Shown here piece after piece: positions 1-7,094 of a DNA stretch of 14,889 nt. The translations under genes were made by a program, and so were the position numbers. The DNA comes from Snowella sp. (GTDB lineage Bacteria; Cyanobacteriota; Cyanobacteriia; Cyanobacteriales; Microcystaceae): NCBI GenBank assembly GCA_035285545.1, contig JAYKGY010000023.1, forward strand, positions 1 through 14,889. The letters are read 5' to 3'. The notes under the pieces are model-generated. The model made no database searches, was not told where the DNA came from, and worked only from the letters and a program-made list of their open reading frames with translations. The number at the start of each line of letters is the position of its first letter. Within the stretch, counting starts at the first letter, position 1.

Positions 1-116
1 ATCGTTTCCGAGGCATCCTTATTCGATGGGCCAAATCTTCTCAATCCTACTTGGGCTTTATTCAGATTGCTGCTTGTTTGATCATCGGCCGCAAACTTCT
101 CACATTTTTCGGATAG
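1..116 (+). CDS. IS5-family transposase, C-terminal tail (start lies outside the window)
   Basis: Frame from nt 3 reads RFRGILIRWAKSSQSYLGFIQIAACLIIGRKLLTFFG* (TAG 114-116). This matches the IS5-family C-terminal pattern (RFRrLliRWeK..nYlafl.lA). The stop lies inside the terminal inverted repeat. Confidence 0.8.
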   Translation, partial: RFRGILIRWAKSSQSYLGFIQIAACLIIGRKLLTFFG

Positions 117-120
117 GTTC
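1..120 (+). mobile_element. Right end of an IS5-family element; IRR TTTTCGGATAGGTTC (106-120), followed by a TAA target triplet (121-123)
   Basis: The transposase tail ends inside this 15-mer. Its reverse complement matches 14768-14782 at 14/15 nt. Confidence 0.8.
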
Positions 121-176
121 TAAGGGGATTAAGTAGTAAATGGACAAAAAACAACGGATTCTACTCAATCACAATA

Positions 177-350
177 AACAATAGCTTGTTTACCATTCAA
201 CCCTATTGGCTGGGTCATACTTGGGTTTTTGATGCGCCAGAAGTCGGTTTAATAGCTGATGCTACTTCTAACAGCGATCGCGGCTGGCTATACCCTGCAA
301 CCCTAAAATTTTTTCCCACTGGTCATCCTCCAGAACTTTACATTCAAGTC
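177..350 (+). pseudogene. DUF6717-like remnant, internally deleted
   Basis: NSLFTIQPYWLGHTWVFDAPEVGL and GWLYPATLKFFPTGHPPELYIQV resemble the N- and C-terminal motifs of DUF6717 as I recall them (NslfvI.PY....WVFDD..vGL; GWLCPAl.kyF...P..iYvq). The middle is missing and there is no in-frame ATG. Confidence 0.5.
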
Positions 351-394
351 CTTTCTGTCAGTAATCTCAGCTTTTTTAGAATCTTTCACGGCAA

Positions 395-1321
395 TCACCA
401 ATATCTATCTGGATCGTCTAGGGCAAACATCTCCACTTCGATAAAACAATGACCATTGGCTGCTAACTCTTCTGCTTTTACGAAAATATCTTGTTCAATG
501 ATAGTGTCTAATTCTGCATCAGTGGTATAGGGAATCGTCAAAATATACTCATAGCCCTCTTTATCGAGTTTTTCCATACCAAAATGACTTAATACATTAG
601 ATTCAATGGCTTTCTGAACTAAAGGTTGGTTTTGAAGTAAGGGGTTATCATTGCCCACTTGCAACCACAACTTTACTTTCATCACCTTAGATTCAAAGGA
701 CGGTAGTATTTCTTCTGGCTGTATCGGCTCCGATGGTTTATCTGAAGACGATTTTGACGAAGCAGGTTTACTGTCGTAATTGAGGTATTTGTAATAGGTA
801 TTGCGAGAAATACCCACTATCTCACAGATTTCCTTAACACTTCTTTCGCGATCCTTACTCAAAGCCACCACTGCTTTTCGTTTCCGTTCATCAACTCCTT
901 TAGGACGGCCCCCCATTCTCCCTCTCGCCCGTGCTGCGGATAGTCCTGCATTGGTTCGTTCTCGAATAATATCCCGTTCAAACTCTGCTAATGATGCAAA
1001 TATATGAAAGATTAGTTTGCCTCCAGATGTTGTGGTATCAATGCTTTCTTGCAAACTTTTAAAACCAATGTCTTGTTCGATCAATTGTTTGACCGTTTCC
1101 ACTAAATGAGGCAGCGATCTCCCCAATCGATCCAACTTCCAAACCACCAAAGTATCACCAGCCCGACAATGCTCTAATGCCGCCGTCAAACCAGGGCGTT
1201 CCGTTTTTGCCCCACTTGCCTTATCCGTAAAGATTTTTTGACACCCTGCTGACTTCAACGCATCTTTTTGAAGATCCAACTTTTGTTCTGGCGTAGAAAC
1301 CCTGGCATACCCGATTAACAT
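395..1321 (-). CDS. Serine recombinase (resolvase/invertase family) with HTH and an extra ~100-aa C-terminal domain
   Basis: MLIGYARVST (catalytic Ser), VVWKLDRLGRS, LAEFERDIIRERTNAGL..ARARGR.GGRP and HTH SVKEICEIVGISRNTYYKY. The likely start is ATG 1321 rather than TTG 1360. Confidence 0.95.
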   Translation of the reverse strand: MLIGYARVSTPEQKLDLQKDALKSAGCQKIFTDKASGAKTERPGLTAALEHCRAGDTLVVWKLDRLGRSLPHLVETVKQLIEQDIGFKSLQESIDTTTSGGKLIFHIFASLAEFERDIIRERTNAGLSAARARGRMGGRPKGVDERKRKAVVALSKDRERSVKEICEIVGISRNTYYKYLNYDSKPASSKSSSDKPSEPIQPEEILPSFESKVMKVKLWLQVGNDNPLLQNQPLVQKAIESNVLSHFGMEKLDKEGYEYILTIPYTTDAELDTIIEQDIFVKAEELAANGHCFIEVEMFALDDPDRYW

Positions 1322-1365
1322 AGCCGTGACCTGAAACGATAAGTCAGTTATACCACGCAACTTAG

Positions 1366-1500
1366 TGTCTAAATCTTATTTGGTATATAGATTTAACAGA
1401 CGAGTTGACGACACAAAGAAAGCATCGTGGAATCGTCAAAATTCGATTTTTGAGAAAGTCAGAAGAGCTATACCAAAAAAAGGGATGTTTATTTATGCTA
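1366..1500. promoter_or_regulatory. Putative res site and resolvase promoter
   Basis: Inverted repeat TAAATCT (1370-1376)/AGATTTA (1389-1395) and near-palindrome TCAAAATTCGATTTTTGA (1436-1453) lie directly upstream of the resolvase, the usual res position. Confidence 0.5.
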
Positions 1501-1773
1501 CTCAGACTCCTCCATCGTTTTCAAACTAAAGCAAATCAAGCATTTAGAGCAATTTTAGGCGAAATTATCAAGGGATAATCTTAAAATGCTTTCTTTAGGA
1601 AGACTAACGCATAATTACAAGGCTAATTTTCTTGGTACGTGACCCGCCTCAAATTCCTTTAGATTATACACATGTAAATAACAAGCGATCTCCTAAATCG
1701 GTTAACTGTTGCCAATGAGCAAAGGGAGCATCTCCATGCTACGCATCAGCAGCGATCTAGTAAATTTTATTGC

Positions 1774-1803
1774 TTGACAAGTATATTCCTATATAGCTAT
1801 ATT
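1774..1803 (+). promoter_or_regulatory. Sigma70-type promoter of psbA
   Basis: Perfect TTGACA (1774-1779), 18-nt spacer and TATATT (1798-1803). AGGA lies ~11 nt before ATG 1846. Confidence 0.7.
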
Positions 1804-1845
1804 AGCTAACTATAGATTCATTCTTTTACTAGGAATTATTTACCT

Positions 1846-2928
1846 ATGACAACTGCACATTTGGGGCTGCGCCAAGATAGCCTCTGGTCTCGCTTTTGTA
1901 ATTGGATTACCAGTACTTCTAACCGCATCTATATCGGCTGGTTTGGCGTATTGATGATTCCAACTCTCTTAACGGCAACAATCTGCTTCATCATTGCTTT
2001 TGTTGCGGCTCCCCCCGTTGACATCGATGGTATCAGAGAACCGATCGCGGGTTCTTTGCTCTCTGGCAATAACATTATTACGGCTGCGGTAGTTCCCAGT
2101 TCTAATGCCATTGGGTTACATTTTTATCCCATTTGGGAAGCGGCCAATTTAGATGAATGGCTATATAACGGCGGCCCTTACCAGTTAATTGTTTTTCATT
2201 TTTTACTGGGCATTTTTTGCTATATGGGTCGTCAGTGGGAACTTTCCTACCGTTTAGGAATGCGTCCTTGGATTTGTGTTGCTTACTCTGCCCCTGTTTC
2301 AGCTGCGACTGCGGTACTGCTCATCTATTCTTTAGGACAAGGCTCCTTCTCCGATGGGCTACCCTTGGGCATCAGTGGAACCTTTAATTTCATGTTCGTA
2401 CTCCAAGCGGAACACAATGTTTTAATGCATCCATTCCACATGATGGGAGTTGCAGGAGTGTTTGGTGGAGCTTTATTCTCTGCCATGCACGGTTCTTTGG
2501 TAACATCTTCCTTAATTCGCGAAACTACCGAAATTGAATCCCAAAATCAGGGTTACAAATTTGGGCAAGAGGAAGAAACCTATAATATTGTGGCTGCTCA
2601 TGGTTATTTTGGTCGCTTAATTTTCCAATATGCGTCATTTAACAATAGCCGTGCCTTACACTTTTTCTTAGGAGCTTGGCCCGTTGTGGGAATTTGGTTT
2701 GCGGCTTTAGGGGTTTCCTGCTTTGCTTTTAACCTCAATGGCTTTAACTTTAACCAATCGGTTTTGGATGCCCAAGGAACCCCGATTTCAACTTGGGCCG
2801 ATGTTATCAACCGCGCCAATATTGGGTTTGAAGTTATGCACGAGCGTAATGTTCATAATTTCCCTTTGGATTTAGCGTCTGGTGAAGTTGAAATGGTTGC
2901 AATGACGGCTCCTGATATTCATGGCTAA
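1846..2928 (+). CDS. psbA: Photosystem II D1 protein, microaerobic D1' (group 2) isoform
   Basis: 360-aa D1 with the D1' diagnostics A80, L158 and A286, plus S162, L172 and L186. It has Q130. D61, Y161, D170, E189, H190, H198, H215, H272, H332, E333, H337, D342 and A344 are all retained, and so is the C-terminal extension after A344. Confidence 0.98.
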   Translation: MTTAHLGLRQDSLWSRFCNWITSTSNRIYIGWFGVLMIPTLLTATICFIIAFVAAPPVDIDGIREPIAGSLLSGNNIITAAVVPSSNAIGLHFYPIWEAANLDEWLYNGGPYQLIVFHFLLGIFCYMGRQWELSYRLGMRPWICVAYSAPVSAATAVLLIYSLGQGSFSDGLPLGISGTFNFMFVLQAEHNVLMHPFHMMGVAGVFGGALFSAMHGSLVTSSLIRETTEIESQNQGYKFGQEEETYNIVAAHGYFGRLIFQYASFNNSRALHFFLGAWPVVGIWFAALGVSCFAFNLNGFNFNQSVLDAQGTPISTWADVINRANIGFEVMHERNVHNFPLDLASGEVEMVAMTAPDIHG

Positions 2929-2991
2929 TTATTGCTAGTTATTGGTTTGATTGACAACTTAACGGGTTCTCTTATTCGTCCTATCTGATAC

Positions 2992-3021
2992 GGCACTCTT
3001 AATCTAGAGGGTGCCATTTCT
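2992..3021 (+). terminator. Stem-loop 3' of psbA (weak terminator or mRNA stabiliser)
   Basis: GGCACTCT...AGGGTGCC (2992-3015) forms an 8-bp stem with one G-U pair. It is followed by only a short T tract (ATTTCT). Confidence 0.55.
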
Positions 3022-3085
3022 GCCTGTAGTAGATTGATTAAAAGTAAGTGAATAGCGGTAATTCTTATTTAATGAGGTAAACATA

Positions 3086-3676
3086 ATGTGGGATGAACGG
3101 TTTAATACCCCAGAGTATATTTATGGCACTGAACCCAATGATTTCCTCGTTTCTGTGGCTTCCCTGATTCCGTCAGGCAAGGTGTTGTGTCTAGCAGATG
3201 GCGAAGGACGCAATGGAACCTATCTGGCTTCTCTGGGTTATGAGGTTACGGCGGTAGATCAATCGGCTGTTGGATTAGCGAAAGCAGAGAAACTCGCTCA
3301 AGAGAAACAAGTAGAGATTGCAACTATTCGCGCTGATTTGGCAGATTATGTGATTGAAACGCAATTTTGGGATGGTATTGTTTCAATTTATTGCCATCTT
3401 CCTTCAAATTTGCGAGATCAGGTTTATCCACAAGTCGTTAACGGCTTGAAATCCAATGGTGTGTTAATCTTGGAAGGCTTTGCCCCTGAGCAACTCCAAT
3501 ACAACACAGGTGGCCCTAAAAATCTTGATATGTTACCTTCGCTTAATACCTTAAAACAAGAATTATCTGGTCTAAACTGGGAAGTTTCAAGAAATTTAGA
3601 GCGAGAGCTATTTGAAGGCCGCTATCACGATGGAAAAGCGGCTGTTATCCAATTGTTAGGGCGTAAACCTTTTTAA
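3086..3676 (+). CDS. Class I SAM-dependent methyltransferase (Slr1183-like, TehB-related)
   Basis: Motif I VLCLADGEGRN, followed by VTAVDQS and RADL. The N-terminus MWDERF...YGTEPNDFL closely resembles Synechocystis Slr1183 as I recall it. RBS GAGG is upstream. Confidence 0.92.
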   Translation: MWDERFNTPEYIYGTEPNDFLVSVASLIPSGKVLCLADGEGRNGTYLASLGYEVTAVDQSAVGLAKAEKLAQEKQVEIATIRADLADYVIETQFWDGIVSIYCHLPSNLRDQVYPQVVNGLKSNGVLILEGFAPEQLQYNTGGPKNLDMLPSLNTLKQELSGLNWEVSRNLERELFEGRYHDGKAAVIQLLGRKPF

Positions 3677-3724
3677 TCCAGATAAAACACTATCGATTTG
3701 CTTAATTTTTAAGGAAGCACGGCA

Positions 3725-4249
3725 ATGCGACTTAATCTGAAACTGATTCAATCTGCTGGGGTTAAACTGATTCTCTTGATCTGTCTTTTTATGTTTGTGA
3801 AAAATTCCCCCGCAATGGCTGCAACAACGAATTTATCTCCCTCTATTTTTTCAGAATTTTTACCTACCATGTCTCAAGATACTGCTAATTTAAAGACAAC
3901 GCTTACCCAATTTTTAACTTCTATTCCATCGGGGTTTTATACGCTGCCAACTATCGAAAAATTAAAAGATCAGTTGGAAAATCCACAAACAGTTTTAATT
4001 GATGTGCGAGAGCCTTCTGAATATCATTCAGGGCATATTCCCCAAGCCATTAATATTCCGCTACGGACTTTAACTCAAAAATTGGAAGCAATTCCTCGCG
4101 ATCGCCCAGTGGTGTTGTATTGTTCTGCGGGTTATCGGGCGGCAATGGGGGTGATGACCTTACACCTGTTGGGTTATGAAAATATTCAAGGTTTTCCACC
4201 GAGTTTTATGGGCTGGAAAAATGCGGGAGAGGCGATCGCTAAAGCCTGA
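3725..4249 (+). CDS. Single-domain rhodanese (sulfurtransferase) with predicted Sec signal peptide
   Basis: LIDVREPSEYHSGHIPQAINIP and active-site loop YCSAGYRA. The N-terminus has a basic region, a hydrophobic stretch and an AMA-A cleavage motif. Confidence 0.92.
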   Translation: MRLNLKLIQSAGVKLILLICLFMFVKNSPAMAATTNLSPSIFSEFLPTMSQDTANLKTTLTQFLTSIPSGFYTLPTIEKLKDQLENPQTVLIDVREPSEYHSGHIPQAINIPLRTLTQKLEAIPRDRPVVLYCSAGYRAAMGVMTLHLLGYENIQGFPPSFMGWKNAGEAIAKA

Positions 4250-4517
4250 CGATATTTTAATTGATTAGCTCAAAAAATTAGATTGTATTAAACTGTACCT
4301 ATTTAAACGATCTTTTTTGACTTTGCAATTTTCTCTGAGTCGCTAAGAACTATAAAACTATTTTTGATTTTCGCCACCTTTGATTAATCTTTAATTTTAA
4401 TTAAATTATTACTAATTTGACTCTTTGTCTCTTGATTAATTTAAAGAAAATTGTTAATTAAATGAGTGGTAATTATTTTAGGTGCTTTCAAATTTTTAGG
4501 TAATACTCAATACATTT

Positions 4518-5960
4518 ATGGATTTTTTTTCAGATACCGTTACACTATCACGGATTCAATTTGCTTTTACAGCGATCTTCCACATGCTTTGGCCGGTATT
4601 AACCACAGGAATGGCCATTTATTTAGTCATTATTGAAGGTTTATGGCTCAAAACTAAAAATATTGATTACTATCATCATGCCCGTTTTTGGTCAAAGCTC
4701 TATGTGCTAAATTTTGGGATTGGGGTGGCTTCGGGTTTGCCGATGGCCTTTCAATTTGGGTTAAATTGGGCCCCTTTTTCGGAATCCGTTGGCGATTTCT
4801 TCGGAACAGTTCTCGGTTTTGAGGGAACTATGGCTTTTATGCTGGAAGCGAGTTTTCTCGGCATTATGCTTTTTGGTTGGGAGCGGGTTCCGCCTTTAAT
4901 TCATTGGCTAGCAACAATTCTGGTGGCTTTTGGTGCAAATCTTTCAACTTTCTGGATTTTATCGGCTAATTCTTGGTTACAGACTCCAGCAGGGGGAATT
5001 TTTGTCGATGGGAAGTTTGTCGTTCAGGATTATTTCCAGGCGATCGCTAATCCCTTTATGCTGAAAAGTTTTCTGCACATGTTTTTTGCCACGTTGGAAA
5101 CTTCGTTATTTGTCATTGGCGGAATTAGTGCTTGGTATCTGATTAATAAGCGGGATACGGACTTTTTTACGCGATCGCTGAAAGTGGTGTTGGTGTTAAT
5201 TATTGCGATCGCACCGTTGCAACTTTTTATCGGCCATCTCAGTGCGGAACAGGTTTATCACTATCAGCCCACCAAATTAGCGGCAATGGAAGCCCAATGG
5301 GAAACGGTTCCTGCCAATCAACCCGCCGATTGGAGTTTAATTGCTGCACCCAATGTAAAAGAAGAAAAAAATGATTGGGAAATCAAAATTCCAGGACTTT
5401 TAAGTTATCTCCTTGAAGTCAAACCAGCCCTCAATGAACCCATTAAGGGATTAAAGGAATGGGCTACTGAGGATCGTCCCCATTTAGTGGGATTAGTTTA
5501 TTATTCCTTCCGCATAATGATTGCCATTGGTCTTTTCTTTGCTGCTTTAATGGCAATGACGGTAATCCAATGGATTCGGGGAAAATTGAACGCTCAAACC
5601 ATTAGTCAACAGACTTGGCTACTCAGAAGTTGGATTTTTGCGGCTCCTTTAGGCTATTTAGCGGTAGAAACGGGCTGGATTGTACGTTGTGTCGGACGGC
5701 AACCATGGATCGTTTATGGGGAATTGCGTACCGTTGATTCTGCTTCCAATTTACCAGCGGGTGAAGTCTTATTTTCGTTGCTTGGTTTAATGACCCTCTA
5801 CAGCATTTTGATTGTGGCAGCCCTTTACTTTGGTAGCCGCATTGTTCGCCAAGGCCCGAATCGCCAATTACCGCTACCTCAACCGATTAAACTACCCGCA
5901 TTAAACATCGAACCTGCTCAACATGAACGCGATCGCCGCCCCACAGAAGCCCAACAATAA
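4518..5960 (+). CDS. cydA: Cytochrome bd quinol oxidase subunit I (short Q-loop)
   Basis: SRIQFAFTAIFHMLWP, FEGTMAFMLEASF, LHMFFA, QPTKLAAME, AVETGW and GRQPW. Confidence 0.97.
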   Translation: MDFFSDTVTLSRIQFAFTAIFHMLWPVLTTGMAIYLVIIEGLWLKTKNIDYYHHARFWSKLYVLNFGIGVASGLPMAFQFGLNWAPFSESVGDFFGTVLGFEGTMAFMLEASFLGIMLFGWERVPPLIHWLATILVAFGANLSTFWILSANSWLQTPAGGIFVDGKFVVQDYFQAIANPFMLKSFLHMFFATLETSLFVIGGISAWYLINKRDTDFFTRSLKVVLVLIIAIAPLQLFIGHLSAEQVYHYQPTKLAAMEAQWETVPANQPADWSLIAAPNVKEEKNDWEIKIPGLLSYLLEVKPALNEPIKGLKEWATEDRPHLVGLVYYSFRIMIAIGLFFAALMAMTVIQWIRGKLNAQTISQQTWLLRSWIFAAPLGYLAVETGWIVRCVGRQPWIVYGELRTVDSASNLPAGEVLFSLLGLMTLYSILIVAALYFGSRIVRQGPNRQLPLPQPIKLPALNIEPAQHERDRRPTEAQQ

Positions 5961-5977
5961 AAAGAGAACATGACAAT

Positions 5978-6985
5978 ATGGAACCCTTACAACCGCTACA
6001 ACAGTTTTTACCCCAAGTTTGGTTTTGCATCTTAGGACTCTTTCTCTTTCTCTATGTCCTCTTAGATGGCTTTGATCTCGGTGTGGGAATTCTTTCCCTG
6101 ACCGCATCCAGTGAACAACGCCGCAGCATTTTAATGACCAGTTTGGGAAATGTCTGGGATGCAAACGAAACCTGGCTGGTTTTGATGGGCGGCTCCTTAT
6201 TCGGTGCCTTTCCCCTTGCCTATGCCACCATTTTAAATGCCCTTTATTTGCCCGCCGTTATTATGGTTGTGGGATTAATTTTAAGAGCCGTTTCCTTTGA
6301 ATTTCGGGAAAATGCTAATCGTAAGTTAATTTGGAACGTTGCTTTCGGGGTCGGCAGTTTTCTCGCCGCTTTAGGTCAAGGATTTGCATTGGGCAGTGTT
6401 TTTGAAGGAATTACCGTTGATGCTCAAGGACACTTTGCAGGGGGCATTTGGGATTGGTTAACCTGGCGGTCTGTTATTGTTGCTTTAACTTTAATTCAAG
6501 GTTATGTCCTCATCGGCTCAACCTATTTAATTTTAAAAACCACAGGGGAATTACAAGAAACCCACTATAAGACGGCAACACTCGCTGCTTGGACAACTTT
6601 GGTCGGCGCAATCTTTATTACCATTACTACGCCAATTATGTCGGAAGAAGCCCGCACTCAATTGTTTACGGCTCCTTTAATTTATGTTTTTGGACTCATC
6701 CCAGTTTTAGGATTACTGTTAAGTGGACTACTGATTAAAAGCTTAAATCGTCGAGAAGAAAATACGCCACTGATTTGGACATTTTCGTTATTTACCCTGT
6801 CTTTTGTTGGATTAGGTTTCGTTATTTTTCCCAATATTATTCCACCCAGCATTACTATTTATGAAGCCGCTGCTGCACCAAGCTCTCTAGTTTTTATGCT
6901 AACTTTTATTGGCTTTTTGATTCCTGTTTTGTTATTTTATAATATTTATAATTATTTAGTTTTTCGAGGAAAAATTACTGACTAA
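5978..6985 (+). CDS. cydB: Cytochrome bd quinol oxidase subunit II
   Basis: LDGFDLGVG, VWDANETWLV, AFP.AY and LRAVSFEFR. Starts 17 nt after cydA. Confidence 0.97.
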   Translation: MEPLQPLQQFLPQVWFCILGLFLFLYVLLDGFDLGVGILSLTASSEQRRSILMTSLGNVWDANETWLVLMGGSLFGAFPLAYATILNALYLPAVIMVVGLILRAVSFEFRENANRKLIWNVAFGVGSFLAALGQGFALGSVFEGITVDAQGHFAGGIWDWLTWRSVIVALTLIQGYVLIGSTYLILKTTGELQETHYKTATLAAWTTLVGAIFITITTPIMSEEARTQLFTAPLIYVFGLIPVLGLLLSGLLIKSLNRREENTPLIWTFSLFTLSFVGLGFVIFPNIIPPSITIYEAAAAPSSLVFMLTFIGFLIPVLLFYNIYNYLVFRGKITD

Positions 6986-7006
6986 TATTCTAATTTAATT
7001 TATCCT

Positions 7007-7055
7007 AAAAAGTTCTTTGATAAATAAAAATTCCATTATTTTTAAAGAACTTTTT
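7007..7055. terminator. Bidirectional hairpin/terminator between convergent clusters
   Basis: AAAAAGTTCTTT (7007-7018) pairs with AAAGAACTTTTT (7044-7055), and the stem extends inward via AATAA/TTATT. A/T tracts lie on both sides. Confidence 0.7.
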
Positions 7056-7094
7056 GATTTTTTAACAATGCCAAAAATAGAAATTCGATAGAAG

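Noticed and set aside
351..452. C-terminal part of ORF 186-452 as a real protein
   Set aside because: It runs antisense into the resolvase 3' end and family similarity stops near nt 350.
1322..1360. N-terminal extension of the resolvase from TTG 1360
   Set aside because: Serine resolvases typically begin at M-x-x-GYARVST, which corresponds to ATG 1321.
1709..1722. TTGCC-AATG-AGCAA as a ChlR-type low-O2 activator box
   Set aside because: Only a partial match to the TTMCC-N3/4-GGWAA motif I recall, too weak to call.
1846..2928. Rogue/sentinel D1 or ChlF (chlorophyll f synthase)
   Set aside because: All Mn4CaO5 ligands and the A344 processing site are intact, and A80/L158/A286 identify D1'.
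4261..4274. Complete FNR box
   Set aside because: TTGAT-TAG-CTCAA has the wrong spacing and a mismatch relative to TTGAT-N4-ATCAA.
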